From: Nemertoderma westbladi
Taxonomy: Eukaryota; Animalia; Xenacoelomorpha
Reading direction: 5' to 3'
DNA: 64,000 bases
Assembly: GCA_032718475.1 (NCBI GenBank)
Contig: JAUCBJ010005675.1
Location: forward strand, 49,186 to 113,185
The notes under the pieces were generated by a model. That model saw only the letters and a list, made by a program, of their open reading frames with translations, was not told where the DNA came from and did no database searches. Made by a program: the position numbers and the translations under genes. Below, one piece after another: positions 13,647 to 26,713 of the stretch. The first letter of the stretch is position 1. The number at the start of each line of letters is the position of its first letter.

Positions 13647-14200
13647 AGCCTTGGCATACGGTTCATATAGAGCAAATGGGGCATGTCTAGTTTGGACCCC
13701 ATATCCCATGCTATAAATGTATTCATTCGTTACATACAATCATATGTTAATCCGCTAGGTGGTGTCAAATTGTTATTCTGCAATTTCGTACTTACCAGTG
13801 CAGCACTGTATAGCAGTACCGTACCGGTAGGCCTATGTCATTACTTCTGAGTCTCTAGCGGATCCCCAATTAAATGTCTTAACTTTTCAATTTCGTAAAA
13901 GATAGACTTCATGATTCTCTACCGGCCACCAAAATTTCAGCTCAGGAAAATGAGGCCTTCTCGAGAAATTTAACATTTTCTAAAAACCACATAATCTGTC
14001 GTAGCTGACGTCAGACTGCATGATTTTTCACCAAACTTTACAAACTTTCTAAACTTTCTCTCTACTACTTACCTACTAAGTTTGGTTCAATTCCGAACCA
14101 GCAATGCCGAGATATTCGCGTTCAAACATTTACCAGACGGACGGACAGACAGACAGACGGACATGCCCCATTTGCCCTATATGAACCGTATGCCAAGGCT
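13647..14200. mobile_element. MITE with about 40-bp terminal inverted repeats
   Basis: agccttggcatacggttcatatagagcaaatggggcatgtc ... gacatgccccatttgccctatatgaaccgtatgccaaggct. Confidence 0.8.
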
Positions 14201-15029
14201 CCCTTTACACTACATCGCGCCTATGCCTCATTCGCCGGCCAATAAACACACCAGTACTGCAATCCTGCAAAGTGTTTATCACACGCCATTATGTATAGTT
14301 ATTCACATATTTGTGTGTAAAGTATGTAAAGAGGATTATTGCATATTACAAAAATATATTTTGATGGAATTTCATAAAATGTCTTAAAAACTGGAATTAA
14401 GTTTAAAACATTTCTTCGACCGAATTAAAAGTTATTAAATTTTAGTGTTTTTCATGTAAATAATATTGGTTGAGAAAAACGATATTTGAAATAATAAGTA
14501 ATTTGGTAATTGAACCTGTGTATCTGTTATAGCAACTATACCGTCGAGTGGTAACAAAATAAACAGACAAGTCACTATTATATGATGTAATTACACAGTT
14601 CCGTAATGTGCTATGCAACAACGCGTTGTTCATATAGTCACGGTGTTAAGTTGTTAAGGTGTTACTTGGAATTTTGTAATAGAAATATTTCCACGCAATT
14701 ACAAAAATGAATTAATTTTTGTAAAGACACATACGTTTGCTCGGTGTTCCAAGTAAATACGAGCGATTGTACCAAAACTGACGAAACCAGTTTGCCATAT
14801 GAGAAATCTTTCCAAATGCATATCAAGCCATTAAATAATAATACATTGATGATTACAACAAACTTAAGCCATAAAACAAATTAACATAATGATTACATCG
14901 TAGCACTATTTGTAATAAACTGAATTAATTAAACTGCATAGGTCAGGTACCTTTGGTACAAAATTATTATAGTTAGTCGCAAAACTGGAGATAAGTAGCA
15001 ATGGCAAAACTGGGTATATATAGAAAAAG

Positions 15030-15670
15030 TGGTGCGAAAAAAGATTAGATGAAATCCCTGCAGAGAGAGGTATGGAAAAGAGGATTGCTGAACAGGCCAT
15101 TATTGGATGTTTGCAACCGGATGCTGAAAGGGGAAAAGCCACCACCAATTTGGAATAAAGGTCAACTAAAGCCTCTCGCCAAGAAAGGGGACTTCGGTAT
15201 ACCAACAAACTATCGTCTGCCAAAATATAGAACAAAATGATTCTATATAGAATTAGGCCTCACATACAGAAACTGCCGCGTAAGAGCCAAAATGGATTTC
15301 AACCAAAAAGATAGACAATAGCATTCAAACAAAGCATTCGACTCCATCCATAGAGGTAAAATGCTGGAAATACCAAAAGTAATTGTGGCTGACATTTGAT
15401 TGTTATATTGTGAAACAGAAGTCCAGGTACTCTCACCAGATGGTGAAACTGAGTTCTTCTCCATCCTGGCTGGCCTACTGCAAGGAATCGACGTCATTAC
15501 TATTCATGTTGTAGTACGCAATGAGAACGGCCACAAATTAATAAGATTGTTTATTCACACTAAAAGAACGTAGAAGCCGCAGATATCCGGTCACAGACAC
15601 CGACTTTGCGGATGACATCGCCCTGCTCTCTAATACGCTAGCAGATGAACGAGAGGGCTGCTAAGGAGGT
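15030..15670 (+). mobile_element. Degenerate non-LTR retrotransposon (RTE-like) reverse transcriptase fragment
   Basis: Broken-frame motifs WNKG..PL.KKGD..TNYR, QNGF, KAFDSIHR, LSPDGETEFFSILAGLLQG, DFADDIALLS. Confidence 0.8.
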
Positions 15671-17896
15671 TGGTATATAAACTCTGTATTTGTGGAAAAC
15701 GTGGAACTATGCGGCAAAACTTGAGCTTGGAGCAGAAATTGTTCTACATGGCAAACACTGGGGCAAAGTGTCACAACTAGAATATGTGACAAATCCGGAG
15801 TTATGTGACTTAAGCTAAGCTGTGAAAATAACTGAACAACAATAAATATACTTACTAATACTACTAACTATACTTTATAACTGTAAACCTACTATAAATA
15901 TTATAATACTACTATTACATAGTTTTAACAACTGTAAACCTAATATAATACTATACTATAGTATACTACGAATATTATAATATTATTTGCTATTTATTAG
16001 CAAATCCTAAAAAGATTTAAAGATATTATACTGAAGCTGTGATTGGCTTTGCTATTGAACTGATTTGCAAATCGAGAAAAAAATTCAAATTGACCTAAAT
16101 CAGACACGGTATATAATATACTATGTCCACTAACTGTATGAAATAATAATAATAATTCAATTTATATCACGCCTTTTCCTATAGTTTGTTCAAGGCGCAT
16201 TATATGTACAGTTAGGACATACTGCATACCTTAACCAAATAGTAAAGTGTATACCATAATGTTTGAACAATTACACGTACTCTACAAATGTGAATACGAA
16301 AACAATAATGTTCGGCGCGTATTTAATAACTAATAACTTTCATTAAGTTTCACCTAATAAATAACCTATAACTTTACAATGTAAGTTGCATTTGGTTATG
16401 ATGGTAACATATGTTTTTGGGAGTCACACATTCCGCGTGAAACACGTTTATTGGTTATATAAAAGAAGGGCTGGGTTTCATCCAGGGTAGGGTACATCTC
16501 CTATACAACCCATAATATGGTAGAAAATTACTAAACCACAGGAAGAACACATGTTAGCTAGGTTTATAGTTTAATGTATATCATTTCCTATACTTCATAG
16601 TCGGTAATTCAGTTCCGAAAATTCCGATTTCAAAGATATTTATATGGAGCGTTTGTGGATAGTAATTGATAATAAAAATGGCATTGGTATATTATATAAT
16701 TACATATGTAAGCAGGTAGTGAATGATGCCGCAGAACTAATAATGTGCCCACCAGTATTTCAATAGTAGTACAGTAGTAGTACATGTGCACAAGCTGTAC
16801 TTTATGCACGCCAACTAATACACTGTCAAATGTCATTTGATGTGAATAATCTTTGTATAAAAATTAGGGAGTGTGGGGAGGCTGGGAGGGGTGTCACTGA
16901 TTTACTATATGCCAGGAGGGAAGAGCCGAAGGACGAAGAGATGGTGTATACTGTACGGCTTTATAATCAAAAACAATAAACGAGAAAACTATATCTCACA
17001 TGTGCACAGAATGTTCGTTGCATAAAAGTAGCCAATGGATGGATAGAGTGTGATACTCAGAGACGGAGCCATTGGCGAACGATGAATAAATAGTATTGCA
17101 GACTGGCATTCATTGTTGTCTGGACGTGTGTCTAGTTGTCTAGATTATCATAATTTCAAAAATAAAAACAACCGAAACAAACAATGACAATACAACTTGT
17201 ATTTATTTCTACCATTAAACATCAATGAATTAATTACCAAATTATTTAATAATACTGCAAATCAGCACCAAAATTAGTTTAACACGCACAATAAATACTT
17301 ACCTTCCATATCAGGATACAAAAATATTATTAAATCTTCACGATATTAATTTCAATGTTTTTAATGCATATTATTATTAATTATTGAAGTACATCCATAT
17401 AATAACCGTATCTATTTCTATTTCTATCAAATATCAATAATAATGTTATTCACCTGTCTTATTTAATGAAAGATTGATAAGTGTTACAAATCATTAATGA
17501 ATTAATGCAAGAGTTGAATTAGTAGCTTAATTATATTTGATTATTTATTAATTACAATTATATTAATCCAAGTATTCTGTAGTATTTTTAAAACAGAAGT
17601 AAAATGTAACAGATTTATAGAGACATATCGACATATGTTTAAAACATACGCATAATAAATTTATTACGTTAATGTTACTTTTATCCTCAAATATTTGATA
17701 AAAACGTAATGAATTACATGCGACTAACTCTCCGGGTGTTCCCACTGTCATATTCAATCAGTCCCACAGGTCGATAAAATCCAAAGGAAGAGTGTAGAGC
17801 CATACGGTTGCTTATTTAGACCATAAGGGAAGGGGCGAAACATACGAGTGAGAGCGCGACTCCAATGGCAGTACATAGTAGCTGGTAAAGGAAGTA

Positions 17897-20125
17897 TCAA
17901 TGCCATTGAAAAATCGAATGGCAAATCAATAAATAAACAGTAGCAGAAGCTACAGAGGCCAGCATAACAGGAAAACCGTATCGAAAAAACGAATTGAACG
18001 TTAGTTTGTGTCCGTGTTGTTCGCATATTCCCGCACATACAACATTCGCAGAAGCCCCGATAAGAGTTCCATTACCCCCGAAACAAGCTCCGAAAGCGAG
18101 CGCCCACACGAGAGGTTGTAGAGAGTCAACTACCCCGTTTTCGTACCAGCGTACTACAACCGGGATCATTGCTGTAGTGTAAGGTATGTTATCAATAAAA
18201 CTAGAGGCTAAAGCGCTAATCCACAAAAGGGCAATCATAGCTACTGTTAGTCTAGAACTGTCGGGAACTTGTTCTATAAGATCGCCGGTGGTGTTAGCTA
18301 TAAACGCTATCAATCCCAGCTCCCCTAAAGCCTCCATCATAACGAACAGAGCGGCAAAGAAGACAAGAGTAGCCCACTCCACCCGATCGAGGACGGCGTC
18401 AAGGTTAGCGGTGTCTGATAGAGTGAGTATCCATATAGCGCCGAAAGACGACACCCACCCAAGACCTAAATTAATTTGGGGAACAGACTGCACGAAAAAT
18501 AAAATAATTACCGCAGACAAAACCAACATACATTTAATTAATAAAGGCCAATCAGTTATCACGTATCGCCTCTCTAATTGCTGATAATTTCGCTCCCAGT
18601 TTATTGAACCTCTACCATTTTCCCGTTGGTTCATTTCTAGAACGGACTGAAGAGCAACTATTTTCTGCATCAGTAGGGCTCGTACCATGTTTTCTTCCCT
18701 TGTGATCCCCATTAAACGTCGTGCAGTCCTTTGCCACACAACAATCTCCCGTCGCAACTCAACGATCTCTAAATCCTCCAAGTTCTCAGAGACAACTCCT
18801 CGCAACAATAAACGCACAACAAGATAAACAACAACCATTGCGAGAATAGACCCCAGACTCATATGCAGCGTGAAGTTGTTAAAGTTAATATCGTGTCTCG
18901 CGATGTCCTTATGCGAAACGATGAGCACATTGGGAGGGTCGCCGACAGCGGTAGCGGTTCCCCCGACGTTACTAAAGATAACCAAAACAATAAGCATATA
19001 ACGGGGATCGAAGTTGAGAACCTCACAAAGCCGAATAGTAACCGGGGTAACAAGTAGGATAGTGGTGACGTTGTCTAACACAGACGAAACAACCGCGGTA
19101 AACAAAGACAAGATTGTTATTAAAGGCCACAGCTGTCCTTTTGCTAATTTATAAGCTTTCACCGCGATGTAATCAAAGAGACCGGTTTCCGATAAAACCG
19201 CTACCTGCACCATCATCCCAAAGAGTAACGATAATGTCTCCCAATCCATCCACATTATTGTTTTCTCCATGGAGGGGCCCTCGTTCACGGCGTGCAGGGT
19301 GGCCAACGCCGCTGTGGCGCCCAGCATTGCCGCTACAGTGCGGTGGACGCAGTCCGATATGATCAGGCCGTAGACGAACACGAGTATTACGGCGGCGTAA
19401 GTGGCACCCTCGGCGACCCGCGACGGCATAACGAACACCGAGAGAATGACTGGCACGGAGCGATTCGAGTTCGTCGATACAATGAGTTTATATGAGTCCC
19501 CTGGTCGACTAGTTCGATCTGCGGCGAAATCAACGTATTTCGTTATGGAAGGACTCTGGTCGTGGCCGTCCGTTAAATACTCCTTCCACTGAAGGACTTC
19601 GAACTCGGCTACCGATTGATTGTTAGAGATAATCGCTCGGAACAGAACGAAATCGCCTGAGTTCCCGTTAAGAGCGGTTTCCGTAAACGGCCCAGCTATT
19701 GTCGCTTTCATCACTGGGTACTTTGATATATCCTCAGTAAGATGGTGGAGATGGGGTTTACCGTTGGTGACGGCAACCACGTAGTTGTCGAGAGACTTAA
19801 AAGGATAAAACGCGAAAACTACACAACAAATAACAACAGAAATAGTTAGGACGGCTATCTTTATAAGGTTTAGTCGATATTTAACTAAAGGGGAACACGT
19901 TAGTTTGCTTTTTGTTGTGTTCGAGTTCTTTCGTTCCAGGTCCAGTAATGCGTCTTCTATGTCTAACTCCATCTCCATGTCGTCATGGAGATGAATATCT
20001 ATCGACGAATGCCGCAGTAAATTTATATCAACATCGTCATTACATTCGTCACCATCAGGACTCCTTTTATAATGGACCAATGGGCTTCGCTCATCTTTCA
20101 TTTTCCGATCATTAGAGAATGCCAT
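17897..20125 (-). CDS. OCA2: P protein / OCA2 (hoepel-like) ArsB/NhaD/CitM-family membrane transporter, intronless, nested in a RIM intron
   Basis: 742-aa ORF with acidic dileucine-like motifs (DERSPLV, DVDINLL), one N-terminal TM segment, then family motifs LDNVTTILLVTPVTIRLCEVL, SNVGGTATAVGDPPNV, FIDNIPYT, ALAFGACFGGNGTLIGASANVVCAG. Confidence 0.93.
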   Translation of the reverse strand: MAFSNDRKMKDERSPLVHYKRSPDGDECNDDVDINLLRHSSIDIHLHDDMEMELDIEDALLDLERKNSNTTKSKLTCSPLVKYRLNLIKIAVLTISVVICCVVFAFYPFKSLDNYVVAVTNGKPHLHHLTEDISKYPVMKATIAGPFTETALNGNSGDFVLFRAIISNNQSVAEFEVLQWKEYLTDGHDQSPSITKYVDFAADRTSRPGDSYKLIVSTNSNRSVPVILSVFVMPSRVAEGATYAAVILVFVYGLIISDCVHRTVAAMLGATAALATLHAVNEGPSMEKTIMWMDWETLSLLFGMMVQVAVLSETGLFDYIAVKAYKLAKGQLWPLITILSLFTAVVSSVLDNVTTILLVTPVTIRLCEVLNFDPRYMLIVLVIFSNVGGTATAVGDPPNVLIVSHKDIARHDINFNNFTLHMSLGSILAMVVVYLVVRLLLRGVVSENLEDLEIVELRREIVVWQRTARRLMGITREENMVRALLMQKIVALQSVLEMNQRENGRGSINWERNYQQLERRYVITDWPLLIKCMLVLSAVIILFFVQSVPQINLGLGWVSSFGAIWILTLSDTANLDAVLDRVEWATLVFFAALFVMMEALGELGLIAFIANTTGDLIEQVPDSSRLTVAMIALLWISALASSFIDNIPYTTAMIPVVVRWYENGVVDSLQPLVWALAFGACFGGNGTLIGASANVVCAGICEQHGHKLTFNSFFRYGFPVMLASVASATVYLLICHSIFQWH

Positions 20126-22914
20126 TATGTTGGTGATTATTGTTAATTTTACAAAAAATTCATTTTAACCTTTTAATATAATAGGGTGATGTTTAAATTC
20201 CATATTTAATATAATAACACAAACAATAATATTGATCGATAAATAACCGATTGTCGAAAGGCAGTAGAAATAAAATGAGGCCTTAATTGCTTCATTATAT
20301 CGAAAAAAAAATATATTTTTTACTAAATCAGATTTAAAGTGAAATTTATTAAAATAATTGCACATTTAGTTTATAACGAACCTGCCTATTAATAGGCCAG
20401 GGTAGTTCTTGTCAAGAGTTGAGCCGTTTAAAAACACGATGTGGTTGTGTGTGTGTGTATGTATAACCATCCAATATCTCAAAAACTCAAGCAGGTACGC
20501 AAAAATTTTAATAACAAACTCTCCATAAATTTTGGTTGCGCACAAGACTGTATATTTTTTGTGGCGTTTCGATCACGGGGTCACTGAAAAATAGCGGTTT
20601 TGAAAATTTAATGTCGAATTTCATCGATTTCAACTCGTCGAGTATGCACCAACTTTTTTATTTGAGATATTCAGTCATCTGAGCAACATATTTGAGCCTC
20701 AGAATCTTTTCAAATATCGCCAATCTCGCACAGAACGTCGCCAAAATTTGTTAGTCCGGCAAAAAAACGCACAAATTCGTCTAAAAGAGTAAATTATTTA
20801 GTTGCGGAATAATATGATTCAACTAGAAAAGCCAGCCAGCTGGCTGTAAGGAGACCGTCCATATAGACAAACGTAGTGTTAGTTGGGTCCCTCCTCATTC
20901 ATTATCATCAACTCCCTCCCACCTAACATAGCAGTGAGTAACCTTATAGATTATTGTCATTGGATTCACTGGGAAGAGCTCTTCATCTGGTGGGGTAATA
21001 CATTATACAAACGTTTACAGTTGATGTTTGATTGCTGTCTGGGGTAGAGTGAGAGAGTAATAAATTTGGCAAGTAATATACTTCTCTGCAGTTTGGGCTA
21101 TTTCAATAAATAGTAGTAGCTTACTAGGCCCACATGAATACCAGCAGCTGGTGTTTCTATCGTTGAGTTGATGGCAATTTATCGTGTTTTCATTTTCGCT
21201 CACTCAGGGTACTGGTTTGAGGGGCAGGTTCGTTTAAAGCCAGCTTGCTGGCTTTCTAGTGTGAGAAATCTTTGCTTACATTAGTGATTAATTTAGTACA
21301 TTTTAAATAAATTCCCAACATGCATGGACGACCTGGTTGCTGTTTCAGCGCCCCTTAACGGTAGATTTCGAACTGATCATGGTAAGTATACGACATATAT
21401 CTAAAAATTTATATCTGGTTTGCATCACTTTTACCTTAAAAAAGCCTACATTGGCCTGATTTTGGCCTTTTGCGTAATTATTCCAATATATTTCCAACTG
21501 CTTTTCGATTACAAACTAATTTCTTACAAATAAATCAATATATAAAACATAAATAAACATAATGAAAAAAACAAATATATAAAAGAAAATTAAAATGATA
21601 CGCAAAATCAACGTAAAATCTATGTATATAAAATCCTATGTAATACCGATATAGGAATATAAGAGTATACAGTAGATAATTATACAAAAGGAAATTATTT
21701 ATTGGTTAATATTTACAAATACGAAAACGTTTCATTTATTGGTAACTAAAAGTAAACCTTGATCTTATGAATGATTATCTTTATGTGTTTAGAAAGTATA
21801 TTAGCATAGAACAATAATTAGTGGATCTAGGAACTGCGACACAGAGCGGATGTGTTGCCAAGTAAAACACGTTCTAATGATTAATAATAATAGTTCTACT
21901 GTACGATTGTAAAGCATTACGAACATTGATATAACCGTTAAAGCGTATATGTATGCTGCGGACAGCCGCACATGTACGCCGTACATTAGTAGTTAGTACG
22001 CACAGATAATAGCCCAATCATTCCCCCTATCGCGTAATTGGAGTTTTACGACGAACATTTTCACGACTATTATAGATTGCTTTCCAATTTATAATTTCAA
22101 ATTAAACATCAAGAGTACAGTATAGTACAGTACAGTACAGTAATAGTACAGTACAGTATAAATAGTACAGTCTGTCTGTGAGCAGAATTTCAGCAATGCC
22201 CGTAGGTCACTCCTACAAAATTTCAGATGAATCTGAGGGTTGGTTCTATAATTACAGCTAGTGGCAGACAGATGAATTATAGAAGTCTCTCTGTGTGTAG
22301 AATTTCTAAACTATTGATATAGACTACATGTGTTGTGTACCAACCGACTTATTAGCGTTCAAAATTTACGACGACGACGACATACGGGTCCACTAATTCT
22401 ACCCCTACGCTAAGGCTCACCATGGAATTACGTGGCTCGCCCCACAAGTGCATCACCAAATATTTATTTAACAAATATAATATAAAAATGTAAGATTAAA
22501 AACCAAGTAGAGTGTTCTTTTAATATATTAATTAGCGAAGTTTTATTAGTTATTATTAGTTTAGCAAAGTCGACTTTGAAGTCCAAATGCAAACGAAAGT
22601 TAAAATGGCGCATAATTCTCTCATATCAAGTGCATGGTTAAAAATTATTAAATAAAAATAAAGGAAAGGAACAGGTTAGAGTGGCGTTGTATTCTGACAA
22701 AATTAATAAACTAATTTAGAATTCGTATTCGACAAATTCGTAGTGGAGACTATTTTTTCAGTTTCGAACAACTAGGGCCATTATCCGATACGAATTATAT
22801 GAAAGGTGTGGGCGGAAATACAAGCTGATGAATTTATGACTGCCGCATTTTCGGCCGTTTTCGGGCTCCCAGCATTCATTAGAAATTCCGCAGCCGATGC
22901 CCTCGAATGCCCAA

Positions 22915-23530
22915 CCCTTTACTGTAGTACTTAGTCCATAATTGCGGTCGACTATGTCCTACGCATATTCTTAGATCATCGCATAATGATGATGGGGTGA
23001 TGATAACTCCACCTACTGGCTCCAAAGGTCGAGGAAATCCTGCCAAGTACCTAACTGATCTAGACTTTGCTGATGACTTAGGAGTACTCTCAGAATCACT
23101 AGAGGGAGCCCAGCGGCTCCTCAGCTCATTAGAACAGGCTGCTTCTAGTATTGGTCTTTTTGTGACAGTTAATTTTGAAAGTCCTCAGGAAATGTCTAAT
23201 CGAACATATGAGCATAAGCTCAAATGATAGTATAACCTTGAGCATGTGGACGGCTTCTGTTACCTGGGATCATGGATCCGGAAATCAGGTGAGGCGTGAG
23301 GACCTTTGAATACGTAAGGGAAAGGCATGGGCAGCATTGAATAGGCTTTCCAGGTTTTGGAAGTTACACAGCATACGTCGGAAACATAAGGTCCAATTAT
23401 TTAGAGCAGCAGTAGTTCCAGTACTCCTCTATGGGAGTCCATGCTGGGCTCTACCGCTGAAGACACCAAATCTCTGGATGGCACATTCACAAGAATGCTA
23501 CGCCGGGTTCATTGTGTCAATACAATGAAC
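22915..23530 (+). mobile_element. Degenerate RTE-like LINE fragment (RT C-terminal region)
   Basis: LTDLDFADDLGVLSESLEGAQRLL; FCYLGSW; KVQLFRAAVVPVLLYGSPCW, with frameshifts and stops. Confidence 0.8.
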
Positions 23531-23741
23531 ACATCTCCAACCAGCCCATGTACAGCATTGCGGGTGCCTCACTAGGCGGCAACAATAACAATAAACATCG
23601 CGGGAACAATAAACTACATTTTTCCATAAAACCAATAAATATTAAATATTCTATAAACACATAAATATGCGTGTTGCACTGCTCCATACTCAACGCAATG
23701 TCCCAACTCCACCCTACATAACCACTGCCCCCTCTACTTAC

Positions 23742-23968
23742 CGCCTTGTCCCAACTGTCCAAGACTATTCGACTTTTTACTGAGTCCGACCAGCGCGGCC
23801 ACTTTGTATCCGAGACTGGGTCGTCTTTTCTTCCCAACGGCGGCCGCGGCGGTATCGGAAACCGTTCCATCCGATTCCGCGTTGTTCCGCCGGGTGGCGT
23901 ACATGTCGGATTGGGAGGACGAACGATTCAGCTGTTTACGAGGATTCACCATCTTTTGTTGAAATTGG
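23742..23968 (-). CDS. RIMS: RIM exon
   Basis: ttttag|(S)QFQQKMVNPRKQLNRSSSQSDMY...SDTAAAAVGKKRRPSLGYKVAALVGLSKKSNSLGQLGQG|gtaagt; matches RIM SDTA..GKKRRSSL..KV.A; phase 2-1. Confidence 0.92.
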
Positions 23969-25914
23969 CTAAAACGTAATAAATTAGCGAAATAAATTTA
24001 TTTAGTTGATAAAAATTAAATACATTACAATAATTAATACAGTACTGGTTGGATCTCATCAAGAGGCGAATTACGATTACAGAAATACAACGGTATAAAT
24101 ATAAATTTACACTGGACTTGTCTGAAGTGGCGAAGAAGGCAGTAAGGCTTTTTGCGCCCGAGGCCAGGGGAAAAATAAAATACAATCGTTGAAATTTAGC
24201 AGCATATATACATTTACATACATTAGACATATATACATTTTGTATTGCATTGCACGCAACTTTGAAATGTAATATTCTATGTATTAAATGTTGATCTGTA
24301 TTTGGGGGCGTCTATTAAAAGCTTGGTACATTTTGTACATTTTTTTATCTTCTGTTCTACTATGTTCTACTGTTATGTTCTACTATCCAGATAAAAGTTT
24401 GGATTAGCATAACCGAATCCCAACCCCTCTTAATTATATCAATTATATTAAAAGTACATATACCGGTATTTAAACATAAATGAAATATCTAGCGTCGCGT
24501 CACTAATTAATAAAAAAATAACTTACGTATTGCGGATATTTTTATCGTACACACGGCAGTGTCCCATAGCGTATTTTGGATGGCCTAACTTTGGGTTGCT
24601 ATTAGTTACCGATTGGTAACCTAACTGAGGGCTATTAGATACCATTGGGTACCGATACCCTAATTGTGGGCTATTAGCTACCATCACATTTTGGGACATT
24701 TCAACAAGTTGGAAAAACCTTAGTGGGTTAGAATGACGGCGAACGTAGGCTCTTGCCATGGTAACGGAAATATTTATTAAAATTTGATGCACAGATACTG
24801 CAATATTGGCTTACTGTTACTGTTGTACAAGTTGAATTGAGCAATTAGGCCTACAATTACAACTCGCAACAACAAAATATACAAATCAGAAATTTTCATA
24901 CTGAATTGTTATTTAATAAATAAACTAAATTGGCAGACTAAATAAAAAAGAAATGTTTAATTTGATTTATGTTATCCATCTAAAACTATACAGAATATGA
25001 AAATAAACTTTTTATTTTATGTTTTATAAAATTCAGATGTAACTTTATTTAATATCCTGGGTAGTAAGAGTAGAGGTATCCAAGCATAACATTTACGAGA
25101 AACATAGTAAATATGTGTTTTACAAGCCAGACCACTGAACACAATTACGCACACGGTTAGGCGTAGTTAGCCAATAAAGATCAAGGAACATTTGGGAAAG
25201 AACTATGCAGTCTACGCAACGTCTACATGGAATTAAGAGAAAGACATTCAAAAATTAAATGCCAAAGAGATACATGGGTTTATATGGTACAGTAGTAGGT
25301 ATGGACAGACGTTTGTGTATGAATGGTTTATCAGACAGATTGTCTGGTTACAGGAAGCAGTGACCGCATTAGTGTAGCGCAGCAGAGAAGGGAAGGAGAA
25401 CAGACTCATTAATCAATCTTGAGGCACGCACATCTGCCAGCCATCCTTCCTTCCACACCGCCACTATACCGGCCACTACGAGTTATTTATTTTGCCTTTC
25501 CATCATTTACTGTAGTCAGTCAATTTCATTTGATTAACTCCACAGCTGCTATTTTCGGATCGATTGTGAAAATAAATTCGACTAAATTAGAAGGCCATTT
25601 TATTTGCAAGCATGTCTCCTAAACGTAGCGCCGAGGCACTAATGGTAATTGACAGCAGTTGATACCAACAAGATTGTTGTTGCTATCAATACCCAGAAAC
25701 AGTTTCAGGTTTATTTTACATTCATTCACATTTAGTTAACAATTCTGAAACAGATTATCGCACTGCTTCGTTGATGTTGTAATTAAAAGGCTCGACCGTC
25801 CGTCTGTTGTTAACGCAGGGATTACGCATAAAGTATGACCACATATTTCTCAGCAGAATTATACTCCCCTTCGGAAACTGGTACTCATTTAGCTACCGTT
25901 TAAGGACAATCATG

Positions 25915-26000
25915 TCGCAGTGTCCGATTGGATAAGGTGTCTGGGCTGCTTTAACAGAAGTGTTTGATGGTGCATATTCGAATCCGACTAAAGGTTGTAT
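25915..26000 (+). mobile_element. tRNA-derived SINE fragment (inverted sister copy at about 33240-33325)
   Basis: cagtgtccgattggataagg...ttcgaatccgactaaaggttgt; its reverse complement appears at 33240-33325. Confidence 0.5.
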
Positions 26001-26576
26001 AAATTTTTGAACCAAAGAGAAACTGCTGCGTTCCTAACCAAGACAGTTTAGAGAAAAATGATTACGCAAACACAGCGGAACAATGCGAATCGGGCTTGTG
26101 TTGGGTGAGTCAATATAGTTGGGTAGTTATGGGGTGTTCATTCACCCTTGGCAGTTAGTGCGGCGCCCTCCCTGCCTAATAGGTAACAGTTTCGTGTTTT
26201 AAGGATGCCAGTCATAGAGATGCGCCCCCCCCCCCCCTGGCTAGACCCTTTAAATCAATCGAAACGAAAACGATCTGAATCATCAATCGGGTATCGAACC
26301 AACGACCTCTGGATCCAGAGATGCGACTTTAAGGCAACACATTAAACCACTACGCCAATGTGGCAATGTAACTGAGAAACATTTAAAAAAAAAACAATTA
26401 ATCTCTGCAACGGCAAAGCAATGCAATGATGAGAAATTAGCTTACAAATATTCCTTCATCTCAAAATATGCCCAAACAATACAAATTGAATTCTTAGAAA
26501 ACATGGTGTTCTGAAAAAAACTAAGAATCTTACTACGAAATACGCGATCCTGATTGGTTAGAATATATTTATTTAC

Positions 26577-26713
26577 CTTAGTGTCCGCGTTGACTTTGGT
26601 CTCTCAGATTGCGTACTAATGAAGGATTTATCGCTGCGTTTCGATATGTCTGAAACTTCGCTAGCCATCGACACGTTGCTGTCTGAAGACTTTATCGATA
26701 TGCTATCGGGACT
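26577..26713 (-). CDS. RIMS: RIM exon (Ser-rich conserved block)
   Basis: tttcag|SPDSISIKSSDSNVSMASEVSDISKRSDKSFISTQSERPKSTRTL|gtaaat; matches RIM KSSDSDVSDVS...SFMSEQSERP; phase 0-2. Confidence 0.92.

Noticed and set aside
17994-20115. Several plus-strand ORFs over OCA2 (likewise over the caspases)
   Set aside because: Antisense shadows of real coding sequence.
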